Shown: in pieces, positions 38,921 to 50,600 of the stretch
How positions within the stretch are numbered: the stretch's first letter is position 1
Layout: each line of letters starts with the position of its first letter
Assembly (NCBI GenBank): GCA_051362555.1
Contig: CM120645.1
Location: 10,540,001-10,604,000, forward strand
Direction of reading: 5' to 3'
DNA: 64,000 nucleotides
DNA from: Lingula anatina
Taxonomy: Eukaryota; Animalia; Brachiopoda
Made by a program: the position numbers and the translations under genes
The notes under the pieces: generated by a model
What the model saw: the letters and a program-made list of their open reading frames with translations, nothing else
What the model was told of the DNA's origin: nothing
Databases searched by the model: none

Positions 38921-39250
38921 AGGGTGCGCCCACAATAGATAATCGCTTTACGTAGATCGATCCAATCAGATAAAAACGTCAACAGGCTTCCTCCTGGCGT
39001 TGGGTAGAATACATGCAGAAAAGCTGGTGATTATACCAGTGAGCGTGTTAATCTGTTAATCTGACTGCATACATGCACAGCAAGAGTCCCGCGGAGATTG
39101 TGCGAACTACCTAGCCCGATAGTTTCATTGTGAACATTGTGATTATGCCAGTAGGCGTGTTAATCTGTTGATCTTATTGCATACGTGTACAGCAGAGTCT
39201 CACGGAGTTTGTTCGAACTGTCTAGCCCGATAGTTTCATTGTGAACGTAC
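38921..39250. mobile_element. MITE remnant with internal ~112-bp tandem duplication
   Basis: Starts GGGTGCGCCCACAAT and ends ATTGTGAACGTAC; duplicated unit at 39027-39135 and 39139-39246; a related end AGTTTCATTGTAAACGCACCCTAA lies near 37290-37312. Confidence 0.55.
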
Positions 39251-39529
39251 AACAAAGTTAATTGGTTCCAGCGTGCAGGGAAGCACAGGTTGGGAGAAAC
39301 GTCGTTTTAGATCCTTTCTGGCTCTATCAATAACAGTAATAGAAACTAATTACTTCGAGCAATGACCTGTTTGCTATTATTCCCCTCTTATGCTGCTTTA
39401 AGACTAAGATATTAAAAGAGAAATCGTTATCTAAAGATGCCATTTCCCCTATATTTTTCATTTGTTTATGTATCTACATTATTATGATTGTTGTGTTGTT
39501 TGTGCTGTTCTTCTTCTTCTTCATCTGCA

Positions 39530-39530
<1 letters not shown>

Positions 39531-39587
<57 letters not shown>
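39531..39587. repeat. (TTA)n microsatellite
   Basis: Directly visible. Confidence 0.95.
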
Positions 39588-39589
<2 letters not shown>

Positions 39590-40705
39590 AGTTAATACAT
39601 CTTTCAGACGCAATGTCTCAAATGTTAATACGGATTCAATTAAATATTTAAGTCAAAGCCAATTCTGGAATTTTACCAGGGACTCAGAGACGCAATTAAA
39701 TAAGCAGTGTCCTGATGTGACATGCCAACACAGTGCTCCGTACCAGGGGTTCACGAATGGAAGAAAGATTGCTTCTGATGAAACAACAAAACTAAAACAC
39801 GAAAGCAAGATCGCAAATTGCCTTTGTCAGTGCATATATATATATAGATCTGCCAAATCTGTAAATATCCAGATCTCGTTCATGCCTAATTATAGTTTAT
39901 TGTGATCTTTATTGCCATCATCCAGAGAGGCAATGATGAAGTTTCGTTCATAGAGATTTTACCGTCAACATTTTGTTATGTAATTTCGTTCGCCTCAATA
40001 CCCTGATCTGATTTGCTAACATTCAAGCTGTGAAGTAACAACGTTTGTGTTGTGAAAAATCGGCCCTCACGTGGTCTCTCATTGTCACAAGGTTGACATT
40101 GCACGATAGATTCTATATAATTATGATTCGCCCAGGTGGCAAACACTTGAGTTATCTTTGGTTATTGTCTTTACAATCACCTCCCCTTTTTGGACTTATG
40201 GGCACCCCGATGCTCATAATTTGTTGTTTTTCTCAAAATCAATTTCGATTCTCTTCTCAGCGTGGAATACACTCCTCTTCATCGAGGTTTTCTGATTGGC
40301 GCCGCTGGATCTCGGTTCACAAAGTCCTGCTTTGATTTTAAGTCCAATTTCCAGGGGATTTTTTTTCAACCACAGAATCCCATACGACCACTCGTCAGTT
40401 TTGATAACATCGAAGGTATTCACATAATATGTTCTCTATGATTAGGTGTAATTGTCCCAAAAGTGCTTGACTGAAATAGATAATTTCATTGTGATGTGGT
40501 TTGGGTGGAATAAATGTCAGGCCGAATTATATCGTTTAAAGTTCATGCTTTATTTGTCCCCCATGTAGCCGCAGCTTACTGTTATTCCAGTTTTTGTTAG
40601 GGTGCACGCAAAACAGCGCGAACAATTACTCAGTAATAACGTCTGTTTCCCCGCACTGGAGTTGACGAATTATATTTTATTTCTGCTGAATATGACCACA
40701 GTATT

Positions 40706-40706
<1 letters not shown>

Positions 40707-40746
<40 letters not shown>

Positions 40747-40837
40747 GGAGAGAGAGAGAGAGAAAGAGAAAGTATTCATTGCCTCATTCTCTACATGTAC
40801 ACGTATGTGTTATTGTGCGTGTGCCTGTATGTGTGTG

Positions 40838-40904
<67 letters not shown>
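40707..40904. repeat. (GA)n/(TG)n compound microsatellite
   Basis: Directly visible. Confidence 0.95.
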
Positions 40905-40907
<3 letters not shown>

Positions 40908-42946
40908 CAGTATATAGTCTCATTATCTTACACGTATAGTGCACATATTCGGGTGGGGTGAAAAAAGTTTTGATCAGTGATTCTATAGCATCGACAAATA
41001 AATCACGCTTTCAGACTTTAATGTATGACATAAAACACAAGCTTTATTCTTACCGACTTCTCTGGGTATTAAGTTTCCAAATATTACAATGGAGTAACAT
41101 ATATTCAAGCATACATAAATCATTAATGCAAAACCGCGATAGCTTTACATTTTGATATTCTAAGCACAATTCCTTGTAAATGCATTCACTTTTTGTTCTT
41201 CTGAGAAAATCTAAATAAAAAGCTACACGTAGGCACGTTAACCTCGAGTTACCTCTGCAACAAAAAGCTGTCTTGGAAAATGCCAGAAATTTAATGTGGC
41301 TTTCTAAGCACCGTTGCTTTATCGCGACAAGCAATGCACAACTGTATCGTGTAACTAGGTTTTATTCTCGCCTAATTCAACAGTTCGATTATACGAAACA
41401 ACGCTGGTATAAATGCTAGCTTTCAAACCCTCGGAGATTATCCTTTGAATACCATTTTAACTACTGAATGTTAAATACTAATATATCAAACATAAGTATA
41501 AGTGACAGACGCCCATAAAATATACAAGATATGGTATAACACCACGTTTATGATATGCATATACCACAAAGAAAGATTCGATATCTGTTGCAAATACAAT
41601 ACAATATAAATGGACTTCTGTTCAATACGGCAGTACTACGTTTCATTTAGTTGTAGTGCTTCTAAAGGCACATTTGACAAGTTTTCTGACATGGATCCCC
41701 TCTTTATGACAAATGAGCTTGGAATTGCCATTTGGGAGTTGGAAAAAAAGATTTCTGTTGCCATCAACATGCTCCGTTCTCACTAAATACCACTTTGGTG
41801 AGTTCGAAACTCTCAGTGCTTAGGCATTTGGTTTTTTTTTTTTTCATGCCTTTTTTTCTTCTTGTCTTAAACTTTAAAAAACACAGTAATAGAGATTGCT
41901 AAAACTAACATCATGTAGAAATGGGATTTTCATTAGGGGTTCATTGGTTGAGAAAGAAGTAGCTTATACATCTAACCCTAGATCAGGGACTGCCTTCAGT
42001 CTGTATGAAGTAAAACCTACCTCAGAAAACATTCATAAAAGACTGTTTCTTAATTTGCTACTTAAAGTTCAGTTTAACAATACGTAGGTGCTGGTTATTT
42101 ATAACAAACAGACCAACTTCGGCCAAAAAAGAGGCCCACAAATGGACACTTTTGTCAAACCTTTAAATTCATTTTTTTGTATTCGACAACTTTGAAGTTA
42201 ACTAACTTATGCACTGCAAGTTAGCCTCAGACTTTTCGAATACAATTCTTGAGGCCCAGTCTCCTACATTTGGTTTCAAGACATCTCCTTTCAATCTTGT
42301 TTTATTCCTAAGAGATCAATATTCATTTGGAAAACACGGCGACCTGCAGACAATTAACAGGTCAAAATCAACCAAGAGAAATGACAGATGATAGATGAAT
42401 TGTTCTTATGATTTCTACTACTTTTGCCCTTTCATAACAATAGCACTAAATATCACATATCTCACAAGAAAAAAAAACCAACACCATCGTGTAAAATGTT
42501 CATGTACAATATAATGTTCGCTAGATAACATGCCAAGTGTAATGAGGCTTATACGTTTACATCGAGGGTAACAATTCATCACGACTTGTTAAGTGAAACC
42601 TCACATTTTTGCCCATGCTTGCAAGTATACCGTGTATTAAACATCGTCTTACGAGTGATTTCTACCTTAATCAGAAGGCCAGAATTGCCCAAAAATTTGG
42701 AACGATTCCAATGGCTTTTAAACATCGTTTTACATGTATTTTTCTATCGTCGCAGTTCTCCCACTACCTACGAACACGAAAGCGACAACAAATGTATCAG
42801 GAATTCTATCAAGCAAGCATGTGCACGTATTGATGCAAACTTCCTCAAATGGGAGATAATACATTAACGTTACAAAACTCCTGACAGGTGTTTGTGCTGT
42901 GCAAGATCACTAAGTAATTGTGATGATACAAGTGTACCTTGAATGC

Positions 42947-44152
42947 CTACACCTCCACATCAGCGTGTTTCACGTCACCTGTGGTGGATTTAGACACGGT
43001 TTCGTCAGTTAGGGAGAAGCTCTCTTCTATAACTCTTCCGTCGGTGCACCTGGGTGCCCTCTTCCGCCTGGGAGAGCACTTAAATAATCTTTTACAGATC
43101 AATGATACCGAGTCTCGGATGGCGGTTTGAAAGTCGCTTGAAACTATGATAAACATGACGAAGTTTAGGACGAATCGGAGCTGCCCTAGGTGAGAGAAAA
43201 GCTTCTGTAGCGAATACTCGTAAGGGCTGGGCTGAAACCCCATGTCTCCATAGACCATCTGCAGAGAATAGAACCACAGCTTTATACAGTGGTCTGGCAA
43301 TGTGGTGACAACATGCAGAAGGACAAGACACATGGCGACGATAGTCATGTCAGAACTGTGGACGCTGTTAGCCATTTGAGTCCCCAGGGAGGCGCCGTCT
43401 GCAGGCGTGTTTCTGACGTAATGCGTGCGAACCTGCCCGCATCCGTTACTGACAGAATTGGCATTTTGCCTGAAACTTGGGCATAGATCAGAGACTTTCT
43501 TTTTCACTATTAAGGCAATTAGGATCACGAGAGTTAGGTCGGGCATCAGTATGGTCACCACAGTTTGTATTTTATCAATAAAAGCAAGTTCTGGGTCATA
43601 GGGGACTAATAGCATGCACATACCCTGTATCACGCCTGACATCCAGGTGACATGCATGAACATCACAATGGCCAGAACGGTTAATCCGGTAATTACAAAC
43701 TTGCTACGGATGACCGTGCACATTTCTTTCGCCTTGCTCGGCCTGCACGTGCTAATGTACACATCAGTCAAGAAGGCCACGTTGAACCATATGGATAGGA
43801 AATGAAAGATATAATTGCATGATAGAAATAGCTGACAGAAGCCTTCTTCCAGATAAAAGCTTATATGAATTCGCGGAAGCCACATGATGAGAAGTGTCAT
43901 CATGAAGCCGGTGTCGGCCGCTGTCACTGCCGCTAAATAATGCGACGACGAGAATCGCCGCAGCGTTGTATTGCGACTGAATATCACGGACGATATTAGG
44001 TTGACGCAGCACCCTATAGCGGCAAGACAAGGAACATAGTAATCCTCCAGTCCTTTGAGGACAGGAGCCGGAAGTATAGTGTCATGGGTTGGTACTGACT
44101 TGTTGTCAGAGCCAGAGAAATGATACTTTAGAAGTGTGTCGTTATCATCCAT
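42947..44152 (-). CDS. Intronless rhodopsin-class (class A) GPCR, 401 aa, FMRFamide/sex-peptide-receptor-like orphan group
   Basis: Seven hydrophobic segments; TM1 GCCVN, TM2 YLAAVTAADT, TM3 CQLFL...TDVYISTCRP, TM5 ILMP, TM6 TTLPDH, TM7 LNFVMF followed by helix 8 SSDFQTA; N-terminal N-glycosylation sequons NDT and NKS. Confidence 0.93.
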   Translation of the reverse strand: MDDNDTLLKYHFSGSDNKSVPTHDTILPAPVLKGLEDYYVPCLAAIGCCVNLISSVIFSRNTTLRRFSSSHYLAAVTAADTGFMMTLLIMWLPRIHISFYLEEGFCQLFLSCNYIFHFLSIWFNVAFLTDVYISTCRPSKAKEMCTVIRSKFVITGLTVLAIVMFMHVTWMSGVIQGMCMLLVPYDPELAFIDKIQTVVTILMPDLTLVILIALIVKKKVSDLCPSFRQNANSVSNGCGQVRTHYVRNTPADGASLGTQMANSVHSSDMTIVAMCLVLLHVVTTLPDHCIKLWFYSLQMVYGDMGFQPSPYEYSLQKLFSHLGQLRFVLNFVMFIIVSSDFQTAIRDSVSLICKRLFKCSPRRKRAPRCTDGRVIEESFSLTDETVSKSTTGDVKHADVEV

Positions 44153-46546
44153 CTTACTGTTTCTGTATCATTTGGTTGACAGTATTTGTTATCTGTAGCC
44201 AGGAGAGAGATTTCGAACCGGCCTGGGGAGCACACTGATAGTTTGTTGTTGTCTAAGTATGCTGCTCCTGATCAGAAAGGCCCCTGTCTGTTGTTGATCT
44301 CTTGGTAGCAGCATTGCTCCTCGTGCTTTTGTAAATACATGCACATATCGTTCCTTCCTTGCCAACTCTATACAACTTATGCGTTACCACTTATATATGG
44401 TCACGAATGGACGTGTTAGGTAATTAGAATGTTCTAAGGAAATTGCATGGTCTAATATTGAAACACGCAATAAAAACACTTTCCATTCGTTGGGCAAATG
44501 CACAAAGACACTGCACCATGCAATTCGTCAATTCCTAAGGTTTCTAAATTGTTTTTCCTCTGTTTATAGGCTTGCGCTCAATTGATAATTGTCCAATAGT
44601 TTGCCCATACTAAGTCCGCCCACGAGACGCAGTAGACCACTGTTTGCCATAATAAGAAAAGGTATCTTAATTCGCGTCGGTCTGGTAGCCACCCGCTAGC
44701 GGTTTGGCTAAAAATGCTTATTTCTGGGGTAGCCACCGGCAAAGAGCTTCAAGTCATACTAACACCATCCTTTTAAGACGGACGTTTTTTTTAAAAAAAA
44801 ATTTTCTCTTCTCGTTCAATATGTACGGCTGGCTTGATTTCCTTTTTCCTATAAAGTCGGTTTTTAAAATACCAATGTCTGAAAAAGAATGAATCTAGAT
44901 TGTATTTCGTCACAGTCAATATTATAGAAAAGAAATGCTGCGGTTACGCGTCCTTTAAAACGACTAGTAACGAACAAATGAACAGTTAATACCCAGAAGA
45001 GAGAAACTTTAACGACGCGTGTTGCATCTTCCAATGTGCTCATATGCCTATAGCTGTTGTATCCACTATCAACAAAAACACAGTTTAATAATCGCTTATA
45101 GCGAAAAGAACATTGGCATTTTTCACAATATAAGCCACGCTTTAAAGTTGAAAGACAGCGACACCTGAGCTTATGTCTTCATAACGACGGTTCGCCGTGC
45201 TCTTTTCCACAACTGCCTCCAAACACCAGTCTAAATATTTTGATCTGATCAGATATAAAATGTATGATTACCGCTTAGGTCACTGCGAGTTTCCAAACAC
45301 AGTACAGCATCAAACAAAAGCTCCTTTCAGACAAAGTAACTAATACCTCAAATCCTAACCTTTTTTCCCTCTGCGATTTGCAACATGACATTCAAATCCC
45401 CTTCTCCTAGTCCCGTTAACGTGCTCGCGATTCTACTGCCAGGAAGAGATATCCGTCATGCCGCGTGACCTCCTCTTATCAGCTATTCCTTTCGTCAGAG
45501 TAACGTGGGAATCTCCCTTCACAACATCCAAAAATGTTTAATTCCTTATACGCCCTTCCCTCCCGGGGATACAGTTAGGGGCGCAGTCAGTGCGCGGAGC
45601 TACTGCAATTGTAAATCCACACCCAATCCACACCAGTGTCAGACTTGGCTCGTGTCTGCATTATAATGGTGAAGATAACACCGACTGACGTACCACACAG
45701 GAGGTATCTTGACACGCGTGCAGACGCAGCCTTAGACCTCCGAAAAGTCCAAATGGCGTCGGCAGATGATCAAACCATTGTTGCTTTAATCAATAACGTA
45801 GCTTAAACAAAACTCCTGTTACTTAATAAGGTGCATTGAAGCTATGCGTAGACCTTTTTAAACCGATTAGTTAACCGTGTGGTCTGTATTTTAATCCAGG
45901 CAGGTTTCTCTTGGGTCTGAATATATTGATGACGTTCTCACTTTCTCCGAGTCTTTGTCTCACGACTTTAAAGATACACGCAATCGTAAAAACATTATTA
46001 ACTTTCTACAAAGGCATCATCCAGTTAAAATGTCAGCATAGGAAATATACACTTTGTATTAAAGCTATTGCACTGCGTAAATTCGGAGACCTTCGCATTG
46101 CCAATTTGGAAATTATATGCCATGTTTTTATTTAGCAAAACCTAATTTGTATTGGTTGACTAGCGTTAGAAAAGCTATTTGTTTTCGTTGTAGGTATGAA
46201 GAAAAGTAATATTTGCAAATTATCGTTTTCTTTTACAATCCAGCGCGGTAATTATGGACTCTCTGTGTGCAATTATCCACAATTTTCCTCATCCTCAAAT
46301 TACATGTTTTCGCTCTCGTACTTAATTACACTTAGGCAATGTGAAGGTGAAACAGTAGATACAATATGTAATCTAAGGTCGTGTGTATCAAACACTTCTA
46401 TAGCACATGTAGTTCCTGTAATTATTATTAACTTACTGAACTTCTACCAATGTCCTGCTTGCCTGGGTGCCCGCCCGCTTGACTATACCGCACTACACAA
46501 AAGCCTATAGGCATTTTGGACACTGGTGAATCATTCACAATGCATT

Positions 46547-46792
46547 AGGGGAGACCGGGGCTAGTTGGACCCCGGGGTAAGTTGCCCCCCCCCCCCCCCC
46601 ATCAACTCTTTTTAATAAAGTTACTTTAAGATGCTAAATTATTTCATTTGGACTCACTGCCGACGCTTTCTTAGCACTGTTGGACACGTTCACTTTACAA
46701 AATGAAGTCAATTCTTTTACCCCATAGTTACTTTGTCATAAATTGATAGGGGGCCAACTTACCCCGGGGGCCAACTAGTCCCGGTCTCCCCT
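46547..46792. mobile_element. MITE with ~40-bp TIRs (Tc1/mariner-pogo-like)
   Basis: AGGGGAGACCGGGGCTAGTTGGACCCCGGGGTAAGTTG at the left and CAACTTACCCCGGGGGCCAACTAGTCCCGGTCTCCCCT at the right. Confidence 0.85.
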
Positions 46793-47074
46793 GAAGATAC
46801 GATATCTGTGCTATTGTATTATTGAAGTTTTATCAATAGTAGTCTGTCAATAAACAATATCAATAGTAGTCTGTCAATAAACAATATTGACACTGTCACC
46901 AAACAAAATGCAACTGGTCTAGGACGTCACCTCTCGTTATTACATTACGACCTAGAGGCGTTTATTCCCTCATATATAACGTCATAGAAACGTGGCGGGC
47001 GTTTGTAGCAACTGCCTCTGTTTGTCGAGTCTGTGTCATGTATTTGAGACGTACTTTATTCTGTTTCACCAAAA

Positions 47075-47646
47075 ATGCATGTATTTATGCCAAAAATTAA
47101 TGCACAAAATGAAGAAACGCTGGATTCACATTATCCGCAGGGTGGAAGCCGTCAGAGACGTAAACCAAAGGTGACTAGGAGCATTTATCTTTGCTTTCTG
47201 TTGTTATCATTAGGCATTAGGCCTACAGAAGGTAGACCTATCACACTATCTAGTTTGGGTTTATTGATTTCTTGTTTAACTTGGTATATGAATGTTAGAC
47301 ACGAAATGTCTCATTTGACAGAATAACTTCCCGGGAAATCATGTGATTACTTTCACCATGATTAAAAGTAGGCCTTTGCCTTATTGCCCTTTTTATCGTT
47401 CGCGTTCAATCGAATTAGGTTTTTTTTAAATGCAAATGCTTCTTATAACACAGAATGTAGTTCGCATATAAACAATTAAGAAAAGAAAGCCCTGTGTTGA
47501 ACAAAAATATCAGAGATGCTCAACAAAATTCCGTCTGACTGTCCACATTACATGCGCAAGACGGAACTTGACTGTAAATGTCAGAATAATGTTAACCCTT
47601 CCATTTGAAGTCAAATTACACTTTGACGGTTGCTACAATACTGTAG

Positions 47647-47690
<44 letters not shown>

Positions 47691-50600
47691 AGGGGGGGTA
47701 ACCACTAACATAGTGATGAGGGAGGATTCGCCTTGTTTCTTGACTGATTTGGGTGAAAGATACCAGGGACCTCCCGCATCCCCACCCCTACTTCAAGGCA
47801 CGCCTATGTATGGTAGTGAATGTGAGGCGATTTTTACCAGATATTGGCTGGGCATAGGAAACCCCATCACAGGGAACCTTTCGCACCCCAGCTACCAGAT
47901 CGGGGGATAATCACTGGGGCCTCCGTAAGCAAAAAAAAACCACTAGATGACAAAACCACTAATCTGGAAGAAAAGCCGAGAGCGGAAAAAAGCACACCGA
48001 TTTGACCAGAGTAAGCGATAACTTCCGCAGAGGCTAACGTTTTTTTTTTTTTTTTTTGGACAAAGAAATAACGTATCGACATCATGCATCAAAGATAAAA
48101 CACTTAAAGTGTCTTTATTAACGATTAACCCATTTACCATCATTGCACGAAAAGCAACGAAAAACTTCATTTGCCGAAAGTGAAATGTGCTATTTGTTGT
48201 GCTCCTTTTACGTTTCAATAAGAATTCAATTGAGATCGACATAATCATAGTCGCAACAAAATGATAATAAAAGTAACAAAACGATAAGTTTTGCCTTACT
48301 GTGTTCTTACTGTATTTGGACATTTTGACCCCATCGTTTTAGGCGTACTGCGACAGTGAGGTCCTAGGGGTGGACTATAGCTTCTCTTTTACTCACCTAC
48401 ACATGTATGCAAATATTTTCGTTTTAAAATTTGTTTCTGTAAGTGGTTTAGATAGTAAATCATTTGGTTGATTTTTTTTATCAATTTATTTAAGGACCCA
48501 TGCATTCACAAATATCCCATTTTCTATTTTTCCATTTACATATCTATTCATTTACGTAATTCAAGTTAAATTATCTCTTTTCTATTTCTGCTTTAGATAT
48601 CGAGCAGTCTTCCATTGCCCCGATGATGGAAGAAGCGGACACTTTGAAGGACATGTCTCTCATTCACCAGGACCACGAGATGCTACTGCAAAGTCTGAAA
48701 ACAATGCTGGATCGACTGTCACTCTCTTGGGATTCCTATCCAGCTAACACCAGATACATTCTTCAGTGCGGTAGACATCAGATGGTGACATTGCTGCAGA
48801 GGAGAAACTCTGGGTTTTCCTAATCGAGCATAGCAGTAGCACGCTGAATATAAACATGTACAAAACAGTAGATAAGCACTGAAACGCCTTGTTATCAGAA
48901 AAAATGTGAAAAAAAAAGTAAAAAAGAGTGTGAAAATGATAATATAGCTGAATTTTTGTCTTTTCGAGTACACGTATGAGTTTATTCAGGGATGCTTGAC
49001 AGAATAAGAATTGTAAAAAAAAATGTGTAAATGTGTGAAAAAGATCCTGAAAAAACTCCTTTAAAATTATTCATTTTTATTTTCTTCTACGATTTCATTA
49101 TACAACATGTAATTATTTGCCCATCTAAGTAAGACAGACCTGCCTTTGTTCCTCCCCTCTCGCCTGTTTCCCTGTAAGGACCAGCTCAGGTATATGTTGT
49201 CTCGTCCAGTAACAACGCTTATGACATAAAATAAGAAAATAAATAGAAAAAAAGAAAATGAGATAAAGAAAAAAGAAAAACAAACACACCCTTAGTAAGC
49301 TTACTGTTGAGATGGATCGCACCAAGCAGGGTCTACTATGCTCGACTGGATCCCTATTTCAATCTGTTTTTTACTTTATATAGAAAAGTGAAAAATGCTG
49401 CCTGAGATGGAATGTCATCAAGCCATACAAAAGAAAAAAATTGACTAACAAATGCACAGCAGCGGGAACGACGTCGATACAACACGACTACATAAGATAT
49501 GACCAATAGTTACTGTATATAACGAGCACGTATAAAATTCCGAATATAACAAGTTTCTGTTGCAGCGTCACACCAGAAAACCGACATTTTATTGTTCCGT
49601 CTTGTTTTCATTTTACTCAACTCCTTGACGTGTGAAAAGTGCCATTATTAAGGTGTATGTCTTATTGAAATGTTTCTGTGCAATGGCGTTGTTTTCAAAG
49701 ATGTTGTATTTGGACGCCAGACAATTGTATTCCCTCTACGTGTTCAATGCTCTCCTTTTCTGTAGCAAACAAGGCTCGTGGTGCACTGGTAAAAACAACC
49801 GCCCGTCTTTCTCGATCATGCCCTTTTTCCATTTCAACATTACTAACATCGGTCTGGTCATTGATTCAATGCCGTTCATAACTAACAGTTTCTGCAGGGA
49901 CATTATGACGTCCTTGCTTTCGTACAACCGGGAAACAGTTTCTGAAAACACAGCGATCATGAAGTTTAGTGCTATGATCGCTACAAATGCAACATAGCCG
50001 ATATGCATGTACATCACAACGAGTACAAAGGGCGGTTTCACGCCTTTTGTGACATGCACCATGTTCAGTATCATTTTGGATAGAGTGTAGATACTGGACG
50101 ACCCATCTTTGAAATCTGCACTGCATTCACTTCGAAAGAAAGAATAAAACCCAGGCATAAACCAAAACATGCACACCGATCCAAGTAGACCTACGTAGAG
50201 GAAGTCGAAAAGAAGATGTCGGCCAAGTTGAACGTAGTGTCCTAGCTTTGGGAACAGTTGAAGTACGTAATGGATGTCCATCATATTCATAGCGCCGGCC
50301 GTTGCTAAAAACATAAGGATGAATGCCTTTACATCGTCTGACTTGTCATTTTGTATTGACAGAAGAAAAGACAAAACGATAAAAACATCCCTGAAGAAAT
50401 TTACGACTCTGAAAAAACGAACGCTCACGATGGTGTTTTGCCTGTTGCAAAGTGCGAAGAAATACATGGCGTACTGCTTGTGATTTAAAACTCTCGTTTT
50501 GCAGATGGTTAGTAAAATTGTCCCTATTACATATAGAATGTTGATGCAAGAAAAAGTTAGACAAATGTAGATGCTTATTTGTCCTATCTGCCATTGCATT

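Noticed and set aside
40214-40423. Short minus-strand ORF that might be a transposase remnant (also 23040-23285)
   Set aside because: No catalytic motif or terminal repeats recognisable.
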